This document shows positions 18,788 to 26,926 of a stretch of 27,077 bases of DNA, in pieces. Position 1 is the first letter of the stretch; each line of letters begins with the position of its first letter. Position numbers and translations under genes: made by a program. Source of the stretch: a virus (Duplodnaviria; Heunggongvirae; Uroviricota; Caudoviricetes); the IMG/VR virus record IMGVR_UViG_2833096052_000002, positions 11,673 to 38,749 of that record. One strand, 5' to 3'. A model generated the notes under the pieces. The model did no database searches, was not told where the DNA came from, and saw only the letters and a list, made by a program, of their open reading frames with translations.

Positions 18788-19879
18788 TCAGTTCACATCA
18801 TTATGTGTTTCGCCATCTGAATAATAAATATTCCAATCCTTGAATAGCTCAATTAACTTATCATTATCCCAATCATATTCATTACAATGTGTAATGGCGA
18901 TTGATTTTTTATCTCCAAAGTTTCCTACATCATTAGAGCATCTACTATATAATTCTCCTAAATCCAGTGTTCCATATCTTAATGTATCCTGGAATGGATT
19001 TGGTACATTTGTTTTGTCAAACATATATTCGTTGATAAATCTCTTATTGCATTCAGATGGAAATTTTCCAGCACCATGTCTTGTCAAATAAGTACGAGAT
19101 ACATAACAAGTTTCAATATTTATCTCATCATTCCATTCAACATTTTCAATTATTCTCTTGGGATTTTTAATACCTGTATTAGACGGTGTTAGATGTGGGA
19201 AATATTCTGTGTTGTTCTGATCAAGCAAAAGTCCTTGTGCTGCTTCAAATACAATATTGTCAAACTGATTTAAGAAATAATTATCTGATATAGCCAATGA
19301 GTGATTATTCATAAAATCCCAATCATCTAAAAAGTGTTCAAATATACCATTATCAAGGAATATTCTTGACCATTCATCTGTTAATATAATATTCTCTCTT
19401 TCAAATTGTTCTAAATAATATTCCCTGATATGATTATCTACATCAGTTATACCAGCTTTATATCTTTTGATAGTTTCAAAAATTCCCAAGCCACAACTAC
19501 CATGTTTATTTTTCCCACGATTTTCCTCTATAATCTGATTTGCCATCATATCAAAAGGCGTTGTCAACATACAGTTTTGATTGATATAAACATTCGGGAC
19601 ATATCCTAATTTCATCAATTCATCATATTCTTGCTTAAAAATAATTGGATTAACAATAAAATCCTCAGATAAATATGTACTTGCATGATTGAATGTTCCA
19701 GATCCAAAATGATGAAAGACATGTCTGATTCCATTAGATGTTATTACAGTATGTCCTCTTTGGGCACCACCATTTGAACACACAACAATACTATTCGGTT
19801 TTTGCGAGAAATAATCTGTCATTAGACCTTTTCCTTCGTCTCCCCAATTCGCTCCACATACAATCTTCATGTCTTTCAT
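18788..19879 (-). CDS. purA: Divergent adenylosuccinate synthetase (PurA) homologue
   Basis: GANWGDEGKG P-loop, GG..GHT, FEAAQGLLLD, TPSNT and TYLTRHGAGKFPSE. The aspartate-binding loop and TKLD motif are substituted, so canonical activity is doubtful. Confidence 0.85.
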   Translation of the reverse strand: MKDMKIVCGANWGDEGKGLMTDYFSQKPNSIVVCSNGGAQRGHTVITSNGIRHVFHHFGSGTFNHASTYLSEDFIVNPIIFKQEYDELMKLGYVPNVYINQNCMLTTPFDMMANQIIEENRGKNKHGSCGLGIFETIKRYKAGITDVDNHIREYYLEQFERENIILTDEWSRIFLDNGIFEHFLDDWDFMNNHSLAISDNYFLNQFDNIVFEAAQGLLLDQNNTEYFPHLTPSNTGIKNPKRIIENVEWNDEINIETCYVSRTYLTRHGAGKFPSECNKRFINEYMFDKTNVPNPFQDTLRYGTLDLGELYSRCSNDVGNFGDKKSIAITHCNEYDWDNDKLIELFKDWNIYYSDGETHNDVN

Positions 19880-19895
19880 AGTTAAATCTCCTATC

Positions 19896-20774
19896 CTACC
19901 AAGTAATTCCTTCTGAGTTAGAAGGTGTAGTAACTGTATCTGCTACATTATTCTCTGCTTCATTAACAATAATATCTACAATCTCATTTGTAATACTGTC
20001 CATATTTACTCTTCTAAAATGAGTATCATCAAGATACTTCTTATAAGACTTTTCAATCTCATCCTCATCCCATCTGTAATAATGATTTACATCTAAATGA
20101 TAAATGTTAAACTTCTGAGAAGCCTCTTTGTATAAATCCTTAGTTTCTACATCTGACTGAAGGCTATCACCTGTTGCTTCAATCAAACCACTTCTTCTAC
20201 CTCTTAATGGAAGGTATGGATTAAGCTGTTCGTCACCCATTGTAATAATAATTCCTTTTCTTCCACGATTTAAACAATCAAGCTTTGTGTGGCGAGAACC
20301 GAAATACCATGCTGCTGTGTAGGATTCATAACTGTTTCCACCACCGCCAAACTCGAAATAAATCTTATCAAGCTGTTCAGCAATACGAATATCCGACTCA
20401 AACTGTGAAGCCTGAATTGGACAGCTATCACAAGCTAAATCACCAATACCCATGATAAGGAACTCAACATCTGTAACTTTTTCATATAACTTAGTCATAA
20501 TTACATTTAACTTCTTTGCCACTTCAACGGCAGCCTGTCCCATGCTCCCAGTAACGTCTAAAGCAAGAATAACAGGGATTGTGTTTGGATGTTCCTCTGT
20601 ATCGCAACACTCTCTAATAACATTCTTAGGATCAAGTGCAGAATCAATATTTCTTGCCTTAAACATATCCTGATTAGAATAAGAACCTCTAATCATACCA
20701 TCCGTTGAAACACTCATACCCTTTGTTGTTGAATAACTTACATAACTATCTCTTGTCCATGAACCGCATCCCAT
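19896..20774 (-). CDS. vWA-domain protein (MIDAS variant DVTGS)
   Basis: ILALDVTGSMG, GIGD, GGGGNSYESY and IITMGDE, in a Rossmann-like strand/helix pattern. Confidence 0.8.
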   Translation of the reverse strand: MGCGSWTRDSYVSYSTTKGMSVSTDGMIRGSYSNQDMFKARNIDSALDPKNVIRECCDTEEHPNTIPVILALDVTGSMGQAAVEVAKKLNVIMTKLYEKVTDVEFLIMGIGDLACDSCPIQASQFESDIRIAEQLDKIYFEFGGGGNSYESYTAAWYFGSRHTKLDCLNRGRKGIIITMGDEQLNPYLPLRGRRSGLIEATGDSLQSDVETKDLYKEASQKFNIYHLDVNHYYRWDEDEIEKSYKKYLDDTHFRRVNMDSITNEIVDIIVNEAENNVADTVTTPSNSEGITW

Positions 20775-20775
20775 A

Positions 20776-21387
20776 TTATGCTTCCTCCTCTTCTATATCT
20801 GTGTCATCATCATTGTCACTCATATCAAAATCAAACATTCCATCGAACATGTCACCCATATTTCCACCCATCATCATAAGTGGTAACATAGAACTCATTC
20901 CACCGTTTCCGTTCATTATGCCAGTAGCACCGTTGTCACCTTTCATCATCTGAGAAAGCATCATATACTTGAAGATATTGTTTGTACCTTTCTTACCTTT
21001 GATAATATCACTACCAAACATTGAAACAATTTTGCCATAAAAATATGTATTACCCATAAATACATGTCTTTCAGGAAGTACAGTCTCGATTGTTGAATCC
21101 TCATAATTGATTACTGTGATCTTTGTCTTATCCGCTTCAATAACGCATCTTGGCTTGCCATTTACAAGAATAATGTCACCCTTCTCTACCTTATTAGTTG
21201 GAATAATAAAGAAGAATTCCTCACCAATATCAAATACAAAGTTACTACAGTTTGTGAGCTTGCCAGTCTTGATGTTATATGTCTTATAACCACCATTTGT
21301 CTTAACTGCAATTCCACCATTCATAGAAAGTCTACACATTCCACTTCCTACTTTGCCAAACATACCATTTAAAAAATTGTTCATCAT
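20776..21387 (-). CDS. Hypothetical protein with a Met/Gly-rich low-complexity region and acidic tail
   Basis: SD AGGAGG. The C-terminus reads MMLSQMM...GGMSSMLPLMMMGGNMGDMFDGMFDFDM then DNDDDTDIEEEEA. Confidence 0.8.
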   Translation of the reverse strand: MMNNFLNGMFGKVGSGMCRLSMNGGIAVKTNGGYKTYNIKTGKLTNCSNFVFDIGEEFFFIIPTNKVEKGDIILVNGKPRCVIEADKTKITVINYEDSTIETVLPERHVFMGNTYFYGKIVSMFGSDIIKGKKGTNNIFKYMMLSQMMKGDNGATGIMNGNGGMSSMLPLMMMGGNMGDMFDGMFDFDMSDNDDDTDIEEEEA

Positions 21388-21430
21388 ATTTATTTCCTCC
21401 TATAATATAAAAATTATTGTTTACAATTAC

Positions 21431-21721
21431 TTATTCTCTCAACTGCGACATTCTCATCAATTCTTCTTTGTCTGCTTTTGATAATGTCAATCCTGCTTTA
21501 ATCCAAGCATCTGTCTGTTCATCAATTTTCTTCTTATATTCACCTTGAATTGTCCCATTTCCACTCAACAAGCTCTTACAATTATCATACTGAATAGCAT
21601 TTGTCTCATAAGCATTTCTGAGATTGCTTTCTAAGCAGCGAATAATTCTTATTAGCTCATCTTTTGTCATATGTTTTAGAGAACTATCTGCCAAAGTATG
21701 TTTCCCATCGCCTATCGCCAT
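21431..21721 (-). CDS. Hypothetical protein
   Basis: ORF with SD AGGAG. Confidence 0.7.
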   Translation of the reverse strand: MAIGDGKHTLADSSLKHMTKDELIRIIRCLESNLRNAYETNAIQYDNCKSLLSGNGTIQGEYKKKIDEQTDAWIKAGLTLSKADKEELMRMSQLRE

Positions 21722-21733
21722 ACATTTATTCTC

Positions 21734-22057
21734 CTACTCTTTTGCAATTCCAATGCCATTTACTTTAAAGCTAGTAACCTTACCCTCTTCAATTTCAACA
21801 TTTTCTTCTGTGCCACCATACCAAACAAGACCAACGCCTGTAATATACATATCATTTTCATCTTCAATCAATTCAACTTCTTGCGTTGCTCCAATAGGAA
21901 GAAACCGACCATCACTACATGGTATCTCAATCGGAACATCCTTTACATTTTTATAAGCGTTTCTAATTGCTTCTTTTGAATATATCACACCGTTCAAATC
22001 AGGCTTATCAACTGGAATTGGAATTTTAAATGTTACTTCTATATTCTCTGTTCTCAT
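21734..22057 (-). CDS. Hypothetical protein
   Basis: ORF with SD AGGAG. Confidence 0.7.
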   Translation of the reverse strand: MRTENIEVTFKIPIPVDKPDLNGVIYSKEAIRNAYKNVKDVPIEIPCSDGRFLPIGATQEVELIEDENDMYITGVGLVWYGGTEENVEIEEGKVTSFKVNGIGIAKE

Positions 22058-22069
22058 GTACTTATTCTC

Positions 22070-22225
22070 CTATTCATCTTTGTCTATAATGAACCAATAA
22101 AAAAAACTTAAAAGTGTAAAAGTGATTCCAAGTATTTTATTTTCTGCTTGATATGAATACATCGTTACACCACTACAGAACCATACCAAAAGAAATGCGA
22201 TTGCTTGTCTATAATACTTTTTCAT
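22070..22225 (-). CDS. Small 51-aa two-helix membrane protein (missing from the ORF track)
   Basis: SD GGAGGTG, 4 nt, ATG. Translation: MKKYYRQAIAFLLVWFCSGVTMYSYQAENKILGITFTLLSFFYWFIIDKDE. It fills the gap between its neighbours exactly and overlaps the upstream stop. Confidence 0.75.
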   Translation of the reverse strand: MKKYYRQAIAFLLVWFCSGVTMYSYQAENKILGITFTLLSFFYWFIIDKDE

Positions 22226-22440
22226 TTCACACCTCCTATCTTCTCGGCTACTTTTGCTTCACATATTTCACAAATACAGTCATTTTTCTCATCATACTTT
22301 TCAAGTTCACTAATGAGATTACTACAACACCAGCTTGATTCATTAAGATAAAATTCAATCATGTCGTTATCCCAATCCGAAGGGAAGTCCATTGGAAGAT
22401 TTATTGTCCACTGTATAGTTTTAATCTGTCTATCTACCAT
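22222..22440 (-). CDS. Hypothetical small acidic protein
   Basis: ORF with SD AGGAG. Confidence 0.65.
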   Translation of the reverse strand: MVDRQIKTIQWTINLPMDFPSDWDNDMIEFYLNESSWCCSNLISELEKYDEKNDCICEICEAKVAEKIGGVK

Positions 22441-22452
22441 ATAGTTATTCTC

Positions 22453-22647
22453 CTATTCGTAATCTTCTGGATATTCTTTATAGTTATCTACCACGCTTTT
22501 CATATAACTAAAATAATCTTTTACAGAATCACTACTATCAGAAAATCCACTTAGCACTTCGTATCCATTATCGAACACTGCAAAGGTTAAGAAACCTGAG
22601 CTATCTAGTCCTACTTCTATGTCACAGCCTTTATATTTACCCTTCAT
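22453..22647 (-). CDS. Hypothetical small protein
   Basis: The second ATG (22647) follows SD GGAG. Confidence 0.65.
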   Translation of the reverse strand: MKGKYKGCDIEVGLDSSGFLTFAVFDNGYEVLSGFSDSSDSVKDYFSYMKSVVDNYKEYPEDYE

Positions 22648-22651
22648 ACTG

Positions 22652-22864
22652 TTATTCTCCATCTAATATTTCAACATCAATACAGAATAAATTATGTAAA
22701 TTTTTAATCTGATCATCAGTTGGTTTCTTCCATGCCATTGTTTCATTAATATTAATCGTTACAGCACCACCACATAATTTAACCCTTGCAATAACTCTTG
22801 GATTACGATAAGCTACAACTTTTGGCATTGGAATACTACAATTTGTTTTTGGTAATTGTGTCAT
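22652..22864 (-). CDS. Hypothetical small protein
   Basis: The ATG at 22864 follows SD GGAG. Confidence 0.65.
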   Translation of the reverse strand: MTQLPKTNCSIPMPKVVAYRNPRVIARVKLCGGAVTININETMAWKKPTDDQIKNLHNLFCIDVEILDGE

Positions 22865-22868
22865 GTAT

Positions 22869-23186
22869 TTATTCTCCAATTTCTATCTTCTGACCAATAA
22901 ACTTCTGAAGCTGTTCATTTACATCATCAGGATAAGTTTTCACAACATAATCAGTGCAAACATGAATTTTTGTAATAATCTTATTCTCATCATACTCAAT
23001 GCTTCCAAGTGTTCCACCTGGAATTCTGATAGGCAAACAATCATCCTCATAATCACAAAGCACATAATGCTTCCAGCATCCATTAGGATCAAGTCCAGCA
23101 AGCTTGTCCAATTCTGCTGTGATTTCACAATAATATTCATTCATTTTTGAATATCTTGAATTCGCATATTTGTTAATCAGCTTCAT
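22869..23186 (-). CDS. Hypothetical protein
   Basis: ORF with an ATGA overlap and SD AGGAG. Confidence 0.7.
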   Translation of the reverse strand: MKLINKYANSRYSKMNEYYCEITAELDKLAGLDPNGCWKHYVLCDYEDDCLPIRIPGGTLGSIEYDENKIITKIHVCTDYVVKTYPDDVNEQLQKFIGQKIEIGE

Positions 23187-23560
23187 GATACAGTTCTCCT
23201 ATTTCTTTTATGCTCTTTATATAAAGTATTTAATTCCTGCTCTAATTTCTTTTTCTCCATAGGATTCTTACAATACTTTATTCTCTTCTTAAGAGTAGAT
23301 ATATCTTGTTTCGGAGGTTCAAGGCATTCAATAGGAAAATTATCGCCAAAATGCATTTCATTGATTGTTTCAAGAAGCTTTGCAACTGGATCTTCTTGTA
23401 CCTGTATTCTTAAGTCTTTATATTTTTGTTCAAGTTCATTTTGTGTTTGAGCTTCTATCATTGCACTTATCATTTTCCCTATTGCATCCATCTGCTTACT
23501 AGCTATTAAGACTTTTATATCGTCACTTATTTTTTCTAATTTATCATGTAATTCTGAAAT
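23183..23560 (-). CDS. Hypothetical coiled-coil protein
   Basis: The GTG at 23569 is part of the SD AGAGGTG; the probable start is ATT at 23560. Confidence 0.7.
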   Translation of the reverse strand: MSELHDKLEKISDDIKVLIASKQMDAIGKMISAMIEAQTQNELEQKYKDLRIQVQEDPVAKLLETINEMHFGDNFPIECLEPPKQDISTLKKRIKYCKNPMEKKKLEQELNTLYKEHKRNRRTVS

Positions 23561-23565
23561 ATTAA

Positions 23566-23856
23566 TCACCTCTTTGCATTTGAAAACCTTTCTTTCGTGT
23601 TTTCTAAAAATAAATCCTTATCAATGCTCCATCCACCACAATGACTCAATATTTCTTTTCTAGCATTTCTAAACTCATTCAAATGGTTTCTGAAATAATT
23701 AATTGCATCATTTTCGCATTGGAATTCATCATTATATTCCCAAAAGAAATGTCTTTGATTTATTGCAAAAAATGAATCTGTATCCAAACAATATGCTATA
23801 ACCCATGTTGCGTATTTATCTGAAAAATTTTCATTACCTTTTAATTCTTGATACAT
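23566..23856 (-). CDS. Hypothetical protein
   Basis: SD GGAGGTG, 5 nt, ATG at 23856 (MYQELKG...). The ORF track starts at 23907. Confidence 0.7.
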   Translation of the reverse strand: MYQELKGNENFSDKYATWVIAYCLDTDSFFAINQRHFFWEYNDEFQCENDAINYFRNHLNEFRNARKEILSHCGGWSIDKDLFLENTKERFSNAKR

Positions 23857-23896
23857 ATTCGCACCTCCATTCTTCACAATAAAGAAAAATTTCTTG

Positions 23897-24535
23897 CTAT
23901 GATTCAAACTGATAATCTTTGTTACTTACAAATTTGTCAATTTTTCCATCTTTGATAAATACAAATTCTGCATAAAAATCATCTGTGTTTTCTGACATTG
24001 CACATGAAACATACTCATCAGATTCTTCATCATATTTTTCAAACCATCTCTCAACGTCATCATCAACTGTTGTATTTTTAAAAACAAAATATGGAAATTC
24101 ATTTTCGTCAATTGACAAAATATCATTTGCTATTTCGGTAAATCTTTCAATAATATGTTCTCTTTTTAAAACTGGGATATTATCTTTTTCTGATACATCA
24201 TAGGTATCATTTTGTTTTAAGAATTGCATAATAGAATCTGAAATAATTTGTTTATCAGATGTATGAAAAATCTGTTGGCTCGACATCTCCCAACAAACTC
24301 TATCAGGTGTGTTATCACATTTATTGATAGCTTTATTAGTTCTTGTCCATACATTATTTCCATCCATTCCAATAATTCCTTTTTTATATCCATACGGTGT
24401 TTGAATGTAGTCATGAATATATTTGTCTGGCAAGACTCTCCAAATTATAGGAGAAAAACACCACGAATTTTTATACTCTAATATTTCTTCTCCTGTATAA
24501 TCTTTTCTTATTCCATAAATGCTACTGCTACTCAT
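23897..24535 (-). CDS. Hypothetical phage protein (212 aa)
   Basis: ORF with SD AAGGAG. Confidence 0.8.
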   Translation of the reverse strand: MSSSSIYGIRKDYTGEEILEYKNSWCFSPIIWRVLPDKYIHDYIQTPYGYKKGIIGMDGNNVWTRTNKAINKCDNTPDRVCWEMSSQQIFHTSDKQIISDSIMQFLKQNDTYDVSEKDNIPVLKREHIIERFTEIANDILSIDENEFPYFVFKNTTVDDDVERWFEKYDEESDEYVSCAMSENTDDFYAEFVFIKDGKIDKFVSNKDYQFES

Positions 24536-24553
24536 TTGTTCTCCTTTCTATCC

Positions 24554-25306
24554 TTAATCCAACCATCTGTTATCTAAATAGTAGAACCCAAATACCATTC
24601 CACCAATTAAAATCACCCAAAAGATCCAGAAAGCAATCATACCTGCATTAGACTGTAAATAGTCTACAGCATCATTGATATCCATATCTTTATAAAATTC
24701 CGTCTTATTGATTGTATGGTTATCTAACTTTGTAAAAATTGTTCCTGTATACTCTGTTTTGCTACCATAATAGACATATCTAACATGATAATCACCATCA
24801 ATCGTGTCAATATAATTCTCATATGGTTTATAAATTTGACCATAATCGAATTCAATTCCAAGAAAAGTTACTTTATCACAATGTTTGTTATCACTGTCAT
24901 ATAAATCCCAAGTCCAATATTCTTCTTCATGACTACCAGTAACATTGCCATCTTCGTCATATTCATATACTGTTCTTGTATGTCTTGTATAATGCTCCTC
25001 ATCTTTGGATACGCTCATATATTCTCCACCAATTTCAGGATATGTAACTGTATCTACTGCTTTCAAATCACCATATACAAACGCATTACCAACATTTGTA
25101 TCCATACCATATTGAAACATTTCTTGACTTTCTATCTTTACAGCTTTGTTATATTTTTCATTTTTATCCATTTGGTACTCTGAAATCTTCCCAGAAATCA
25201 GAATACCAACTAGAATCATTACTGCTATGATAGAAATACTTGCTAAAATTTCACGTTTTGTTATTTCAAAATCACCAAAATCAAAACTTTTTCTACCATA
25301 TCTCAT
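24554..25306 (-). CDS. Membrane protein with N- and C-terminal TM helices, partner of LemA
   Basis: Hydrophobic segments ILASISIIAVMILVGILI and IAFWIFWVILIGGMVFGFYY flank a soluble domain; coupled to lemA. Confidence 0.8.
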   Translation of the reverse strand: MRYGRKSFDFGDFEITKREILASISIIAVMILVGILISGKISEYQMDKNEKYNKAVKIESQEMFQYGMDTNVGNAFVYGDLKAVDTVTYPEIGGEYMSVSKDEEHYTRHTRTVYEYDEDGNVTGSHEEEYWTWDLYDSDNKHCDKVTFLGIEFDYGQIYKPYENYIDTIDGDYHVRYVYYGSKTEYTGTIFTKLDNHTINKTEFYKDMDINDAVDYLQSNAGMIAFWIFWVILIGGMVFGFYYLDNRWLD

Positions 25307-25309
25307 AGA

Positions 25310-25861
25310 CTAATCCTCTTTGAACAAATCCTGTGGAGCATCATCTGGCGCATTGTAATCCAGATACTCATATTCCTGCACTTCATATCCAAGCAATCCA
25401 AGGAAATATCTTATATGGAGCTTTCTTACATATCTCTTGTATTCCTTAACCTGCTTATTGTAATTGCTGCGATGCTCTGCAATCATATTCTCTGTCATAG
25501 ATAACTCATTCATAAGAGTCTTATAGTTCTCATTGGACTTCAGCTCAGGATATGCTTCTGCAACTGCTGTAATAGCTGTTGTTACATTCTCAATATCTCC
25601 TGTTGTTCCACGACCATCGGCAACTGCTGTCAATGTATCAGCTTCATGTTTATCGTACTGTTTTACACAATCAGCAAGGTTATACACAAGGTCAACTCTT
25701 CGCTTTTCCTGTACCTTAATATCTGATGATGCTGTATTTACCTGCTCCTCAAGTGCAATAGCCTTATTCTGTAAACTCTGTACACCAAATACAATCATCA
25801 AAATAACTGCTAATACTCCTACGCCAATAATTACTGGCACTTTCCAATTTGTGTTTTTCAT
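25310..25861 (-). CDS. lemA: LemA family protein
   Basis: N-terminal TM, RR.DLV.NL..VKQY..HE..TL, AVAEAYPELKSNENY..LM.EL..TEN.IA..R..YN. Confidence 0.9.
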   Translation of the reverse strand: MKNTNWKVPVIIGVGVLAVILMIVFGVQSLQNKAIALEEQVNTASSDIKVQEKRRVDLVYNLADCVKQYDKHEADTLTAVADGRGTTGDIENVTTAITAVAEAYPELKSNENYKTLMNELSMTENMIAEHRSNYNKQVKEYKRYVRKLHIRYFLGLLGYEVQEYEYLDYNAPDDAPQDLFKED

Positions 25862-25970
25862 TTAAAATCTCCTTTATATGTATTATTTTTATTGATTACA
25901 CTGTAATATTCTCTTATTTGTTGGGATTTACATAGCCGAATGGCTTAGATATAATTAAAAATTTCCGAAT

Positions 25971-25984
25971 GAAAGATTGGTTTA
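25971..25984. repeat. KAAA-N6-TTTM palindrome (GAAA GATTGG TTTA)
   Basis: Overlaps the TAA stop at 25982-25984. Confidence 0.65.
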
Positions 25985-26926
25985 CTTCGATTCTCCTGAA
26001 TCATTAAATTCTCTACCTTCAATGATATTCTGGATACCTGTTTTACATTTTTCTAAAGCAAAAGCATATGCGTTATTATAGATAAGTTTGTCGTATTCTG
26101 CTGTTAGATTGGCGTATGCACTATCAATAGCTTCATCAATACCATCTATAAACCTGCAAAGTCTGTCAATTACTTCATTATTGACAAACTCTTCATCATA
26201 TAGTTTTGCAGTTGCCCTCAAACCTCTTGATTTATTTGCATGTTCGAAAGCCTTTAACTCATCTTTACCAAGCCATTTGATCCATGCACCGCAATCATCA
26301 CAATAAAGTCCTGTGTTGTTACCTTTTACTTCATTGCAAAGCTTACACATTGTTTGATAGTTACTAATATCATCAATACCACCTTTTGAGCGTGGTATAA
26401 TATGATCTTTTGTCATTAAAATTTCATTGCCATTATCATCAACTGCATATAAATTCAGATGATAACTCTTATCCTGTAAATGTCTTTCTTTTGCAAAATA
26501 TTTTCCTTCAATTCCACAAACTACACATTTACAACCTTTAGTAAAAAATGTTTGGTATCTTTGGCTATTGCCCTTAATCAAATCTCCGTCAAAATCAACT
26601 TTTGCAAGTTTTTTATCTTTCTCAAATAAAACATCTTTAACCTTATCTCTGGCTTCTTCTATTGAATAGATTTCTTTCCTAAGTAATTTTGTAGGATTAA
26701 AATCTTTTAAAAGCGTTTTTACTTCACCTAATTTAAAACATTTTTCAAATAGCGGTTGCTTGTGCCAAGTTACGGATAATAATTCCGTATCTTTTGTAGG
26801 TGACATTGGATTATTGTTCTTAGGGAAATCGGTTTCTAAAAAATCTCGTATTGTCTCGAACCTCAAAGACAATACCTTATCATCGACTTTGTATTGGATT
26901 TTAAATTTTTTATCTTTTCTTCGCAT
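25982..26926 (-). CDS. HNH (McrA-like) endonuclease-domain protein with an extra C-terminal region
   Basis: CVVCG...TKDHIIPRSKGG.DDISNYQTMCKLCNEVKGN. Likely start is ATG at 26926 behind SD AAGGAG. Confidence 0.8.
   Translation of the reverse strand: MRRKDKKFKIQYKVDDKVLSLRFETIRDFLETDFPKNNNPMSPTKDTELLSVTWHKQPLFEKCFKLGEVKTLLKDFNPTKLLRKEIYSIEEARDKVKDVLFEKDKKLAKVDFDGDLIKGNSQRYQTFFTKGCKCVVCGIEGKYFAKERHLQDKSYHLNLYAVDDNGNEILMTKDHIIPRSKGGIDDISNYQTMCKLCNEVKGNNTGLYCDDCGAWIKWLGKDELKAFEHANKSRGLRATAKLYDEEFVNNEVIDRLCRFIDGIDEAIDSAYANLTAEYDKLIYNNAYAFALEKCKTGIQNIIEGREFNDSGESK

Noticed and set aside
18788-19879. PurZ / 2-aminoadenine (Z-genome) pathway, suggested by a PurA homologue plus an HD hydrolase in the same phage
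   Set aside because: PurZ has Ser in place of the P-loop Asp (GSTGKG), whereas this protein keeps GDEGKG. The polymerase is family C DnaE rather than family A DpoZ, and the HD gene is 17 kb away with no evidence that it is DatZ.
21734-22057. Resemblance of DKPDLNGVIYSKEAI to prohead-protease-like N-termini
   Set aside because: Only a short motif matches, the protein is 107 aa and there is no head-gene context.
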